The position numbers and the translations under genes are program-made. 51,453 nt of DNA from the IMG/VR virus record IMGVR_UViG_3300032327_000831, positions 1 to 51,453 of that record. The stretch is one strand, 5' to 3'. This DNA is from a virus (Duplodnaviria; Caudoviricetes). The notes under the pieces were generated by a model. The model made no database searches. It worked only from the letters and a program-made list of their open reading frames with translations, and had not been told where the DNA came from. Positions 1-9,998 of the stretch are shown here, one piece after another; the first letter of the stretch is position 1, and each line of letters opens with the position of its first letter.

Positions 1-1
1 G

Positions 2-727
2 GCCTCTGCCGCTCAAACTTTCCAGGCTACGCAAAACGAGAAAGACCGCGCACAGCAAATCATGTTGGCGGACAAAACCATTACCGCGCAGCAAGCGCTG
101 GAACAATCCAGACAAGAATTTACTGGTCGCCAAAACGCAATACAAAACGACTTTACTTCACGCCAAGCTGAGTTAGTGCGCCAAGGCCAAAACACGTTGC
201 AAGCAAGAGAAATTGCTTCTCGCGAAGCAATAGTGAAATTAGAACAGGCCGGTATTACTAATCGGTTTGACCAAGATCAGGCTTTAAAAAGCAGCCAATT
301 CAACATTGAGCAGGCCAACACTAACGCGCGCCAGGTTCAAGAGAATCAGAATCGATTGACCCAAATGGGGTATGCCTACGAATTAGACGCTAAAAAATTG
401 CCGTCGTCTTACGCCGCTCAGCTCAGCAACATGACACTGCAAAACGTAAACAGCCTTATTTCAGATAGCAATTTGAGTTCAACAGTTGACGGCAATCAGC
501 CTCCTGGAAGCAGCCCTAAAACTAGGGCCATTCAAAATGTCATCGATTATTCCAACCGCCAGGTGGCGTGGGCAAATAAATTTTACGAAGGCGAAATACC
601 AGATTTTTCTAACCCCGCGCCTACTGGTTCGGCTGCCGGTAACAGTTCTGCGGCTGCCGGTAACAGTTCTGCGGCTGCCGGTAACAGTTCTGCGGCTGCC
701 TTTAATCCCGCTGACATTTTAATATGA
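2..727 (+). CDS. 5'-truncated Gln/Ala-rich protein, probable internal virion/ejection protein
   Basis: Frame is open from base 2 (track ORF 62..727 starts at an internal ATG); helical Q/A-rich composition; first gene of the ejection cluster; stop overlaps next start (ATGA at 724-727). Confidence 0.55.
   Translation, partial: ASAAQTFQATQNEKDRAQQIMLADKTITAQQALEQSRQEFTGRQNAIQNDFTSRQAELVRQGQNTLQAREIASREAIVKLEQAGITNRFDQDQALKSSQFNIEQANTNARQVQENQNRLTQMGYAYELDAKKLPSSYAAQLSNMTLQNVNSLISDSNLSSTVDGNQPPGSSPKTRAIQNVIDYSNRQVAWANKFYEGEIPDFSNPAPTGSAAGNSSAAAGNSSAAAGNSSAAAFNPADILI
630..700 (+). repeat. In-frame 21-bp tandem repeat (about 3.3 copies) encoding AAGNSSA
   Basis: ggctgccggtaacagttctgc at 631-651, 652-672 and 673-693, plus a partial copy at 694-700. 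Confidence 0.95.
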
Positions 728-1164
728 TCTACCGCAAAGCTAAATTTTCAGACGTGCCAGCGATTGTTGAGATCGCCGAAATATCGGTGTCTCAAGACCC
801 GTTGCCGGTAACGATTGACAAAGAAGCGATGTCGCGGATGGCCCAGGCTTGCATGAACCCAGCGCATTTTTTGTGGGTTGCTGAAGATGAAAACGGAAAA
901 GTTGTTGCGGCCTTTGCGGCCTGTGTCCAAAAAAGTTTTTGGTACGACAAGATGCAGTGCTCTGTGCTTTTGTACTACTCCCTGGTCAAGGGCGCGGGCG
1001 TTAAATTGATTCGCGAATTTGCAGCCTGGGTTAAAAGCCGGTCTGCCATCAAGATCGCCGTTGTTACGCTGGAACCTGGCGCGGACCCACGTCTTGTGCG
1101 CTTTTTTAAGCGCCTTGGTTTTTCCAGGGAATCTTTAACCCTCTCTTATGTACGGGGAATTTGA
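724..1164 (+). CDS. GNAT-family acetyltransferase-like protein
   Basis: N-terminal YRKAKFSDVPAI, central LWVAEDENGKVVA, GAGVKLI, C-terminal FFKRLGF; a GNAT next to internal virion genes is common in podoviruses. Confidence 0.8.
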   Translation: MIYRKAKFSDVPAIVEIAEISVSQDPLPVTIDKEAMSRMAQACMNPAHFLWVAEDENGKVVAAFAACVQKSFWYDKMQCSVLLYYSLVKGAGVKLIREFAAWVKSRSAIKIAVVTLEPGADPRLVRFFKRLGFSRESLTLSYVRGI

Positions 1165-1166
1165 TC

Positions 1167-1982
1167 ATGTCAAAAATTGTTTCGGGTATTGGTGACGCCA
1201 TAGGCGGTGTCGTTAAAGGCGTGGTCAACGTCGTCAGTGACGTTGCAAAGGGCGTTGGCAATTTTGTTAACGACATTGCAAAGTCAGACCTTGGCAAAGC
1301 CCTTATTATCGCTGGCGCGGTTTACTTTGGAGGTGCAGCCCTGGCGGGCGGCTTTGGCTCGTCAGCGGCTGGGGGAAGTTTCTTGTCCGGCATGGGGGCC
1401 GGAGTAGGCAGCGCAGCAAGCACTCTTTCCGGAGCTTGGTCCTCGGCACTTGGCGGCGAGTTTGCCTCCGCAGCAAGTAGCATTGGTAACGCCTTTGGCA
1501 CGGCTGGCACGGCCGGTGAGATGGCAGCCAGCACGCTTGCCCCGGCCGTCGCCAATGCGGCCCCAGCTTTTCTTCCGGAAGCTGGGCAAGCGGCTTCAAG
1601 CATGGCAAGCACTGGCGCCAACGCGGCCCCAACTTTTCTGCCGGAAGCCGGTCAAGCCGCTTCGACCATGGCAAACAGTGGCGCCAAAGTGGCAACAGAC
1701 GCTGCCGCTAAAAGCTGGTGGGCCAGCCAAGACCCCATAGTCAAGTACGGGCTGATCCAGTCGGGCATGCAAATTGGCGGCGGTTTAATAAGCGGAGCTG
1801 GCCAAGCCAAGGCCGCGCAAGAAGCACGCGATTATGACGTGGCCAAATACAACGCCAACGTGGGTGGCGCGTTAAATCTTGGCGCGCCGCCAGTTGGGTA
1901 TTACCCACCGGTTGGAAATTACGGAATGCCGCCTGCCCCTATGGGCATCGCAAGTCGTTACATGCAACCGCGCCCCGCTTAA
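1167..1982 (+). CDS. Gly/Ala-rich ejection (pilot-like) protein with hydrophobic segment
   Basis: Amphipathic N-terminus (KGVVNVVSDVAKGVG), hydrophobic ALIIAGAVYFGGAAL, GA-rich body, 22-aa internal duplication; ATG at 1167. Confidence 0.6.
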   Translation: MSKIVSGIGDAIGGVVKGVVNVVSDVAKGVGNFVNDIAKSDLGKALIIAGAVYFGGAALAGGFGSSAAGGSFLSGMGAGVGSAASTLSGAWSSALGGEFASAASSIGNAFGTAGTAGEMAASTLAPAVANAAPAFLPEAGQAASSMASTGANAAPTFLPEAGQAASTMANSGAKVATDAAAKSWWASQDPIVKYGLIQSGMQIGGGLISGAGQAKAAQEARDYDVAKYNANVGGALNLGAPPVGYYPPVGNYGMPPAPMGIASRYMQPRPA

Positions 1983-1997
1983 TTAAAAGGATTTACC

Positions 1998-2447
1998 ATG
2001 GCCGGAATCATCAATCAGCAAAGACCAGCTCCCCAACAAAGCGAGCCCGCGACCGACGAAAGCAACCCGGCTTTTTTGGCCGCAATGAAGTTTTCTTTGC
2101 GAGTGCTGTACGAGCAAAACGCGGCCAAGGACATAGCGGAACAATTGCGTTTGGCCAAAGACAAAACCGAGTCTTTGGGGGACATCGCATACGACATCAC
2201 CCAAACAGTCGATGAGCGCACTGACGGCAAAGTGCCGCGCGAGCTGATCGGTCTGTTGGCCATGGCGATCCTGAAAGAAGTGATCGACATCGGCCAAGCC
2301 GCCAAATTGGAAATTCAACCCACCGAAGCCGCAACCGCATTCAAAAATATGATCCTGCGCTACTTGGGCGAAAACGGTGTCGACACGTCACAGCTTCAGC
2401 AGGGCATGGACAAAATTGACCCATCCATCTTCTCGAAAGGGGAATGA
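1998..2447 (+). CDS. Hypothetical helical protein of the ejection cluster
   Basis: SD AAGGA before ATG; 149-aa ORF tightly packed in the operon. Confidence 0.6.
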   Translation: MAGIINQQRPAPQQSEPATDESNPAFLAAMKFSLRVLYEQNAAKDIAEQLRLAKDKTESLGDIAYDITQTVDERTDGKVPRELIGLLAMAILKEVIDIGQAAKLEIQPTEAATAFKNMILRYLGENGVDTSQLQQGMDKIDPSIFSKGE

Positions 2448-3520
2448 CTATGGCAGGCGAAGGTTTAATCTGGTCAGGCATTGGGCAGGGAATCGCCAAT
2501 GCCGGGTCTACCATGGGCCAGTATTTGATGCGCAGCCAGGAACGCGAGGCCGACCGCGCGTATCGCGAAGCGCAGGCACAAGAAACACGCGACTTTCGCG
2601 CTGAGCAGAACGCGCTGTACCGGCGCCCAGTTGACGATCAGAGTGCTGGCCGCGCCGGTGGCCGAGACGCAGGCCTTCAACCAGCGGATACCGCCCCCGG
2701 GGGTGCGGCCGCAAACATGATGGCCAACAAAATGGGCATGTCAGAGGCCGAGTACGAAAATTTTTACAAAGCCAACAAGACGGGCGACTTTACCGATTAC
2801 GCCCAAGAAGTTCCCAACCGTGGCGAGGAAAATGTCATTGCTGGGTCTAAGGAAGTGCCCCAGGCTTTGAAAGAAGAATTTGCCCTTAAACGAAAAGTGC
2901 TTGGCGACTTGCAGGAAACCTATGCCCTAAAGAAGGATTTCAAAGAGGTGATGCAAGGCCGTCAAGTTGGTCTAGAAACAAACATTGGCCAAGGTGTCTT
3001 GGCTGGCGCTATTCCACTTGGCAAAGGCTCAGGCGCCGTTGCGGCAATGGGCGGTAAGCAAATCCTCAACACTGAGGGCGGCGAGACCTACAACATGTAC
3101 ACCGGCGAAAGCAAGACCACGCCGCTGGGCAAAGCGCAGATTGGCACAGAAGCCGCGCGGGCCGGAGAGCTGAGCGCCCTGGGCAAGAAGTACGGCAAAG
3201 ACATTGAGAAGATCGACGCCGAAATCCAAGGTGGCATGTTCAACAAGAACAGCAGCGAAAAAATTACGGCGTCCATGAATTCGCTGAAGGGCCAGTTTGA
3301 CAGCCTAATGAAACAAAAGGCCGACGGATTGGTGCCAAAAGATCAGATGCCAGCTTGGCAAGTCGAGGTGGATGCGATCACTGCAACGCAAGCACAATAC
3401 CGCAAACTGCTTAGCGATGCGGCAACCATGAAAGCCAACCCGCCCGCGCCCAAGCCGGACACACCCAACAAGCCCGCGCGAAACAAAGTTTTTAATCCAA
3501 AAACTGGCAACTTTGAATGA
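2444..3520 (+). CDS. Probable internal virion/ejection protein
   Basis: N-terminal GIGQGIANAG followed by a charged coiled segment; overlaps both neighbours by ATGA. Confidence 0.6.
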   Translation: MTMAGEGLIWSGIGQGIANAGSTMGQYLMRSQEREADRAYREAQAQETRDFRAEQNALYRRPVDDQSAGRAGGRDAGLQPADTAPGGAAANMMANKMGMSEAEYENFYKANKTGDFTDYAQEVPNRGEENVIAGSKEVPQALKEEFALKRKVLGDLQETYALKKDFKEVMQGRQVGLETNIGQGVLAGAIPLGKGSGAVAAMGGKQILNTEGGETYNMYTGESKTTPLGKAQIGTEAARAGELSALGKKYGKDIEKIDAEIQGGMFNKNSSEKITASMNSLKGQFDSLMKQKADGLVPKDQMPAWQVEVDAITATQAQYRKLLSDAATMKANPPAPKPDTPNKPARNKVFNPKTGNFE

Positions 3521-6500
3521 AAACAATCACGATCCCTACGGGGGAGGATGTCGACTTTCCGGACGACATGTCCGATGAGGCCATCCTTCAGGTACTGCGA
3601 GCCAAGTTCCCGCCACCACCCAGCCAGGGACGCCGTGATGTAACCCCATTCAAGGTCGACGTTCAACAGCCCGCGCCCGTAGCCGCGCGACCCGTGGCCA
3701 GCGCGCCGCCGGAAGACTACACCGCCGCCATGGGCGACGACTATTGGTCCGCCGTTACGGCTGCCGCCGCCCAGCCAAAGCGCGCCAGCGTGCTTGAAGG
3801 AGTAACCCTTCCCTCGCAGGCGCCGCTTATTGAGCGACGCGGTGCGCCGGTGAGCGAGGAGAAATTCAAAGAGCTAAAGCAAAAATACGACGCAGCCACG
3901 CCCAAAGACCGCGCTGCCCTGCTCCAAACCCCAGGGTTTGAAAGCTCAGTATTGCAGACCATTGACAAACAGTACCGCGCCGCGCCAGATGCTTTTGATA
4001 CTCGCCGTGAAGTGCGCCGTAATGCGTACATTGCCCAAGGCGCGGCTCCCGAATTGGCTGACCAGCTTGCTGCGCGTGATGCGGCAACAGGCGCCAACAC
4101 TCAACGTCTTAGCCAAACAAAAACTTCTGACTTCGATTTTGAAAACCGGGCAGAGTACAAGCGACCTGAAGGCAAGCTGGCCTTGGATGAGACTGGCGGA
4201 TTGATTGGCGCTCGCATGGTTCAGCCCACGGGCTTTGATCAACTTGTTGGCGCTGGCAAAGCCGTCGGCGGCAAAGTGTCGGGAACATTTCAGTCTGCTG
4301 CCGCTGGCGCCTGGCAGCTTCTTGGCGACACGGCGGAAGCGGCAGGCGACCTGGCTGGCTCCACACAATTGGCCGACGTTGGCGCGCAACTGTCCAGAGG
4401 CAATGCCTTGCAACAAAAGGCGGCAAAGGCCAAGCTGGAAGCAATTGGGGAAAACCCAAATGCTGCGCTGAATTTTATTGAAAGCGGTATCGCTGGCGCG
4501 ATCAACAATTTTGCACCGTACCTAATCAACCCCGGCCTGGGGATGACCGCTGCCGTTGCTCAGACCTTTGCTGAAGAGTACGGCAATGGCAAGCTCGCGG
4601 GCCAGACCATGGGCCAGGCGCTGCCGCGCGCGGGAATGATGGCTGCGGCTGAGTGGATCGGCGAGCATTCCAGCCTACCAACGCCTTTGATGAAGGGGTT
4701 CAAAAATTTAGTCAAGGGCGTGCCTGACAACGAGATCATGCCGGTGTTTGCCCGGTACTTGGCCAAAGAGAACGTCGCTGAGCAAGTCACCACCGCAATG
4801 AATTTTGGCACGGACAAATGGGCGCCTTTTGGCTTGACCCCCGACGCCACGCTCAAAGACTATCTCAGCGCTGTCGGCGACACGTTTTACCAAACAACCG
4901 CCCAGACCCTGGTCATGGGCGGTGCAGGCCGGGTAGCTGCACCTATTGCCCGCAAACTGCAAGACCTCACCACAAGCCCAGCCAGCGCTTTTGCCGATGC
5001 GTTTGCTGGCGATGTGGCCGGTGCTCAATTTAACCCTTCCGCGATCGACGCCTACGCCCGCCGCGCGCTGGACGTGCAGTCCTACGACGCCAATATCATC
5101 ACGCCCCGTCAGCAGGCCCAGGTCCAGCAGGACCAAGCTGCGCTGCAAGGATCAACCAGCGCTGGTGACGCGGCAGCCGCTGCGGACAACCTGGCCGGAT
5201 CACTGAGTGAGATGCTGGTGCCGGGCCAGGCCGTGACCCCACTACCGACTCGCATCGAACCAACCCTGACTCCGGGCTTACCCGCTGCGCCTACTGTTGT
5301 GGAACCCACCTTGGATTTGAGCCTGCCCCCGGCAGATCAGGGTCTACCCGCAATCAACCCGGCCACTGAGCAGCAGTTTGGCCTGGACAAACTGCGCATC
5401 AACCCACCGCGTCCGCAAAGCATTCAAGGCCAACCTGTCGCCAGCCTTACTGACGAAGACCTGACCGGCATTGCCAATGACGACAACGCGCATTCAATGA
5501 CCCGCCGCAGCGCGGCCATTGAGTTGACCGCGCGCCAGGCTGAACAGCAGGCCGGGTCAAAAACACCGGGCCAGGAACTTGCGCCCACGGCGGCACCAGA
5601 GAACGAGCCGCCTATTGCCCCTGGCATGACGCGGCTATATCACGGAAGTGCAGTTCACGGACGTTATGACGGCCCCGCATGGTTTTCAACCAACCGCAAT
5701 TACGCTCAAAACTACCGCGATAACGCTGAGCTTCAGTATGTTGACGTCCCAACGGCGTATGCAAACAAAAAAGCTGATCCTGATAATTACGGGCAAACTC
5801 CGGATAAGGGGTTTACCTTTAACGTCGAGTTAGATTCCGATATAACCGGCCCCAGAAAGCCTGTTGCGCCCACCGCTCAGACCTTCACCCCCGCCGAGCT
5901 GGGCGCGATGACGCTGGGTGAGCGGCGCACCATGTCGCAGAATTTTGACCAGACGGAGAATGAAGATGGCACCACAACCTTTACCGCCAAGCCCGCCACC
6001 TTTGATCTGGGCGCCACCGAAGGGCGGGTGCCTAACGCCCCTGTTGCGGCAACTGGAGACGCCGCCCGTGCCGATCTCCAAACCCAGCTAGACCGGATTG
6101 CGGCGCAGCAAGGCGTCGCCATGCCGGTCCTTGCCACCCCTGTAAAGTCGGATGAAGCCGCAGTCAACGTCATTGCTGAGGCCCTGGGCGGCACCGGAAA
6201 TGTCGTGGCGTATGCGGACCCCAACGGCGCAGACGGTTTTGAGCTGGGCGGCAAGATTGCAATCAACACCCAGACCCAAAAAGGTATTGCCGCTACGTCC
6301 TGGCATGAGAGTTTTCACGTTGCCGAAAGGATGGCGGAAGCTGACACCCAGGCTGGCCGCACCAACACCCCGGCCCAGCAATACGTGGCGTCAATCCACA
6401 GCCTGTTTGACGACATGTCCGATGCGGGCAAACGCGCTTACGTTGAAAACTTTCTTCACAAAGACGAGCTGGCCAGTATTGTCGACCCTGTTGCGCGAGA

Positions 6501-9500
6501 ACAACGGTTTCAACAACTTTTGTCGGCGCCACTGTTGCGCTCTGAAATGTCGGCAGACTTCATGGGCAACCGTGCCACGGACCGCCCGTTCCTGGCGTCT
6601 TTGGCTGCGGCAGACCCCAAAGGATTTGACGGATTTGTCAAAAAATGGATCGGCATTTTGGACAGCATGCTGGTCCGCCTGCGCGGCGTCAAGGGCGCGG
6701 CTCGCGACAAATTAGAGTCGGTCAAAGTTGATAAATACATCAACGATTTGAACCGGGCCAAAATGATTGCGCGCGATGCTATGGTAGCATTCCGCAACGG
6801 CACGCTCCAGCAGTCTGCCCCAACAACCACGCCCCCGGCAATGAGCCAGCGGCAAGGAGAACTGAATGCACAGACCACTACCCTTGGACGAGGTGAAAAC
6901 CTACCAGGACAACCAGCGCAGGATCGACGAGGCCTTGATGAATATGGGAGCAATCCGGCCCCGAGCTACGGCACCGCAAGAGCAGGCGCCATCTCGGTCC
7001 TCGGCAGGCACTACTCAACAACCCCCCGCCAAACGTTAAGCGGAGAATATTATGGCCGAGGACTCAAAGGGGCAGAACGTACTCGCCTGGACAGTAGCCC
7101 TGATCCTCGGCTTAAAAACCGAGTCTACTTTTACGTTGACCAGGGCAACGGAGTCCGGCCAGAGGCAGGGGTTGGGGGGTACGCTCACGAAACCAAGCTG
7201 GACAACATCTACGATCCACAAACTCGACTCATCAAGCCCCAAGCAGACGCCAATGCTTTTGAATCCGCAGTAATCAACGCTGGTTTTGACGGCTACATTG
7301 CGCCGTTCGGTAACGGCCAATCAGCCGTGGTCCTGTTGGGAATGAAGCACAAAGCCGTGCCGGTCCGCCAGATTGGCCAACCCCAGGCAGCAGCCCTGCC
7401 CGCAGAAGCAGCGCCGACCACCCTGAAAAAGGGCCTCATGTCGAAAGAGCTGAGCCAAATCGACACGTCCGCCATTCCTGGCGCTCGCGTGCGCGCAGGC
7501 ACCCTTGAGATTCCGGCAGAGCAGCAGGAAGCGGCCAACGCTGAGCTGACCAGGATCGGCAGCACAATCCGGTTTGCCAAAAAAGAGCGCGTGAAATCTG
7601 CACGCGTCATGTTTGAGGTCGCACCTGACCCCAACAACACCGAGCTAAAAACCCGCTGGGACGCGGTGCCGTTTGATCGCAAGGTTCAGATTAGCCAGCG
7701 CGTTGCGGAACAGATCATGCCCCAGGTGTTCAAGCTGGCCGGGGTGCGCGCAAAGCTCAGCACCCAACTGGGTGGCTACCTGGACGACACCAGCCCATCA
7801 TTTGCAGCCATCGTCCCCAGCACCGCCTCTGCGCAGCAGCTCATGGACGTGGCCCGCGTGGGCGGCTTTGGCTTGGCCCAGGACAGTATGATGGTTCTGG
7901 ACTCCAAGCCTTTTGAAGGCTCGTCGCCCACCGGTTTGATCACGGTCACGCTGCCCGAGAACATGCAGGGCCAGGAAGCGGTGCATTCGGTTTACCGGGC
8001 CGTGCGCCAAGTGTCGCCAGAAAACATCAGTGGCCACACAACTGTTGGCCAAGAGATGGTTTTGGCCGTGCCCTCTGATAAGATGGCCGACCTTACTTCA
8101 AAAATTGTGGGCGTGCTAGACGCGCGCGCCGAAGAATTTGTTGTTAATTCAGCCGAAGGCCACATGGCCTTCCCATCCAAAGAGGAGTACGACTATGGTC
8201 AGCAAACAGGGAAGCTCCCTCCCGAGCTTTCTGCAAAACGGGCAGAAGCTAATCGCATCCGCGAAGAAGCCAGCGCCGCAATCGAAAGCGAACTCGCAAC
8301 CGACGAAAGCGCCGGTGGGCGCCAAATAGACACCAGCGTTTACCGCAATGTCGCAGACGCCATGGGCTTGTCCCGGGCGGAATACAACGCCAGCGCCCTG
8401 CCGCTTATGCTGGGCGGCACCGGTGATAAAACCTTCCGAGCGCCAAACATCGGCGGCGTCCCCGAGGTAGTGCAGTGGCTGGACCAGCGCCGCGCTGCCA
8501 GCGGCCTGGCCACGCTGGACATCAACAAAGCAGAAGATCGCACGACCCTGGCCAAGCTGCTGGCGGCTGAGGCTGTGGCCGCGATCCGCAGCGCGGGCAA
8601 TGCGGTGGAATGGTACGACGAGACAGTGGCCAAAACGCTGCGGATCATGGCGGTCAAATACCCTGAGCTGAACACCGACCAAAACGCACGGAATGCGTTC
8701 TTGATGGCGGTGGCCATATCGTCTCAGACCATGAACGTTGAGGACAACCTGCGCTACGCGTCGAGCCAGTACGAGGCTTTCCGCAAGGATGGGGTATTCC
8801 CAGAAACGGGCACCGGCAAATCCGCGCCAGCAATGGCCGAAAATTTCAAGCTGGCCAACAAGGTCCTGGCTGATTTTGGCCCGGAGAAAACGCGTCAATT
8901 CTTGCAAACCGAATTCACCAAGCGCGAGCTAGAGATGTCGGGCTACGCTATCGGCGGCGAATCGATGGACGAAAAAATGCTTGGCTCGGCTGTGTTTGGA
9001 CCCAAGATCGGGTTTGGTTTCTACAGCAACCTGACGGGCAATTTTGAACCGGTCACCATGGACATGTGGTTCATGCGTACCATTGGTCGCCTGGCCGGTA
9101 CGCTGCCAGCGTTTGACCCAGTGCTGTTTCCCAAGCAAGTGGCCAAGCTGCGCACCGCCTTGGCCGAAACTGGTCCGGCAGATCGCGGCGTGTACGCGAA
9201 CCAGTTCAGCAAAGAGATGGTCGACGCGGCCATGCGGACGGACAAAGGCGCCATCGCCATGGCCCGTGCGGTCAATTCCCTGCACAACCGCCAATTCATC
9301 AAGGAGCGGGCCGCATTCGACTCTGGAGCGCGGATAAAAAGCGCTTTGGTGGGTGCATCAGGCGCCATCTTAAAATCGGCTGACAAGCCCACAGACAGCC
9401 CGTCTAGCGGCGGCGAGCGCCAGCGCCTGCGTGAGGTGGTCCGCCAGATGGTGGACATGGTGGAGCAGCAAACGGGCAAGCGCGTGCCGCCAGCGGCATT

Positions 9501-9987
9501 GCAGGCGCTGATCTGGTATCCGGAACAGGAGCTGTACAAGAAGCTGGGCGTGCGCCTGCGGGTGACTAGCCAAGACTATGCGGGTGCGGCAAAATCGCTA
9601 CTTACGAAAGAAGGTTTTGATGGAAAACGAATCAGCACAGCAGCCAAATCTGGACCAGGATCAGCACGACCAGTGGCTGGCCAGCCAAACGCCGGAAAAA
9701 ATGGATCGAATGGTGGGCCGGTTGAAGGCCTTGTTCCTCTCCAAGGAGAAGAGCGGGAAAGTTTCATCCGGGAACGTGCTGCCAAAATCGCAGCCGACGC
9801 CGTAAAAGCCCAACCACTTGAAGACGTTTTTATTGGGTTGGATAAACGTGGCCTGGCCAGGACCCGAGCCGAGGCCGCGTTCACCGCGCGGCCAGATGGC
9901 GCACGAATTAAATACGTGCAAGAGAATTTCAACGACATCTTGATCGAGCTGGAAGACGCCGACAAGGTAAAGATCAACTGCAAATAA
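3517..9987 (+). CDS. Giant (2156 aa) polyvalent internal virion protein with ART-like, zincin-like and HhH-like modules
   Basis: LYHG..WFST..YA (about 5626-5720); HESFH plus downstream EMSADF (6301-6560); HYS..VYFY..GFDGY (about 7006-7300); WY..GPK..F..VTMDMW..R..QALIW (about 8600-9520). Confidence 0.75.
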   Translation: MKTITIPTGEDVDFPDDMSDEAILQVLRAKFPPPPSQGRRDVTPFKVDVQQPAPVAARPVASAPPEDYTAAMGDDYWSAVTAAAAQPKRASVLEGVTLPSQAPLIERRGAPVSEEKFKELKQKYDAATPKDRAALLQTPGFESSVLQTIDKQYRAAPDAFDTRREVRRNAYIAQGAAPELADQLAARDAATGANTQRLSQTKTSDFDFENRAEYKRPEGKLALDETGGLIGARMVQPTGFDQLVGAGKAVGGKVSGTFQSAAAGAWQLLGDTAEAAGDLAGSTQLADVGAQLSRGNALQQKAAKAKLEAIGENPNAALNFIESGIAGAINNFAPYLINPGLGMTAAVAQTFAEEYGNGKLAGQTMGQALPRAGMMAAAEWIGEHSSLPTPLMKGFKNLVKGVPDNEIMPVFARYLAKENVAEQVTTAMNFGTDKWAPFGLTPDATLKDYLSAVGDTFYQTTAQTLVMGGAGRVAAPIARKLQDLTTSPASAFADAFAGDVAGAQFNPSAIDAYARRALDVQSYDANIITPRQQAQVQQDQAALQGSTSAGDAAAAADNLAGSLSEMLVPGQAVTPLPTRIEPTLTPGLPAAPTVVEPTLDLSLPPADQGLPAINPATEQQFGLDKLRINPPRPQSIQGQPVASLTDEDLTGIANDDNAHSMTRRSAAIELTARQAEQQAGSKTPGQELAPTAAPENEPPIAPGMTRLYHGSAVHGRYDGPAWFSTNRNYAQNYRDNAELQYVDVPTAYANKKADPDNYGQTPDKGFTFNVELDSDITGPRKPVAPTAQTFTPAELGAMTLGERRTMSQNFDQTENEDGTTTFTAKPATFDLGATEGRVPNAPVAATGDAARADLQTQLDRIAAQQGVAMPVLATPVKSDEAAVNVIAEALGGTGNVVAYADPNGADGFELGGKIAINTQTQKGIAATSWHESFHVAERMAEADTQAGRTNTPAQQYVASIHSLFDDMSDAGKRAYVENFLHKDELASIVDPVAREQRFQQLLSAPLLRSEMSADFMGNRATDRPFLASLAAADPKGFDGFVKKWIGILDSMLVRLRGVKGAARDKLESVKVDKYINDLNRAKMIARDAMVAFRNGTLQQSAPTTTPPAMSQRQGELNAQTTTLGRGENLPGQPAQDRRGLDEYGSNPAPSYGTARAGAISVLGRHYSTTPRQTLSGEYYGRGLKGAERTRLDSSPDPRLKNRVYFYVDQGNGVRPEAGVGGYAHETKLDNIYDPQTRLIKPQADANAFESAVINAGFDGYIAPFGNGQSAVVLLGMKHKAVPVRQIGQPQAAALPAEAAPTTLKKGLMSKELSQIDTSAIPGARVRAGTLEIPAEQQEAANAELTRIGSTIRFAKKERVKSARVMFEVAPDPNNTELKTRWDAVPFDRKVQISQRVAEQIMPQVFKLAGVRAKLSTQLGGYLDDTSPSFAAIVPSTASAQQLMDVARVGGFGLAQDSMMVLDSKPFEGSSPTGLITVTLPENMQGQEAVHSVYRAVRQVSPENISGHTTVGQEMVLAVPSDKMADLTSKIVGVLDARAEEFVVNSAEGHMAFPSKEEYDYGQQTGKLPPELSAKRAEANRIREEASAAIESELATDESAGGRQIDTSVYRNVADAMGLSRAEYNASALPLMLGGTGDKTFRAPNIGGVPEVVQWLDQRRAASGLATLDINKAEDRTTLAKLLAAEAVAAIRSAGNAVEWYDETVAKTLRIMAVKYPELNTDQNARNAFLMAVAISSQTMNVEDNLRYASSQYEAFRKDGVFPETGTGKSAPAMAENFKLANKVLADFGPEKTRQFLQTEFTKRELEMSGYAIGGESMDEKMLGSAVFGPKIGFGFYSNLTGNFEPVTMDMWFMRTIGRLAGTLPAFDPVLFPKQVAKLRTALAETGPADRGVYANQFSKEMVDAAMRTDKGAIAMARAVNSLHNRQFIKERAAFDSGARIKSALVGASGAILKSADKPTDSPSSGGERQRLREVVRQMVDMVEQQTGKRVPPAALQALIWYPEQELYKKLGVRLRVTSQDYAGAAKSLLTKEGFDGKRISTAAKSGPGSARPVAGQPNAGKNGSNGGPVEGLVPLQGEERESFIRERAAKIAADAVKAQPLEDVFIGLDKRGLARTRAEAAFTARPDGARIKYVQENFNDILIELEDADKVKINCK

Positions 9988-9998
9988 GGACCCGCGCC

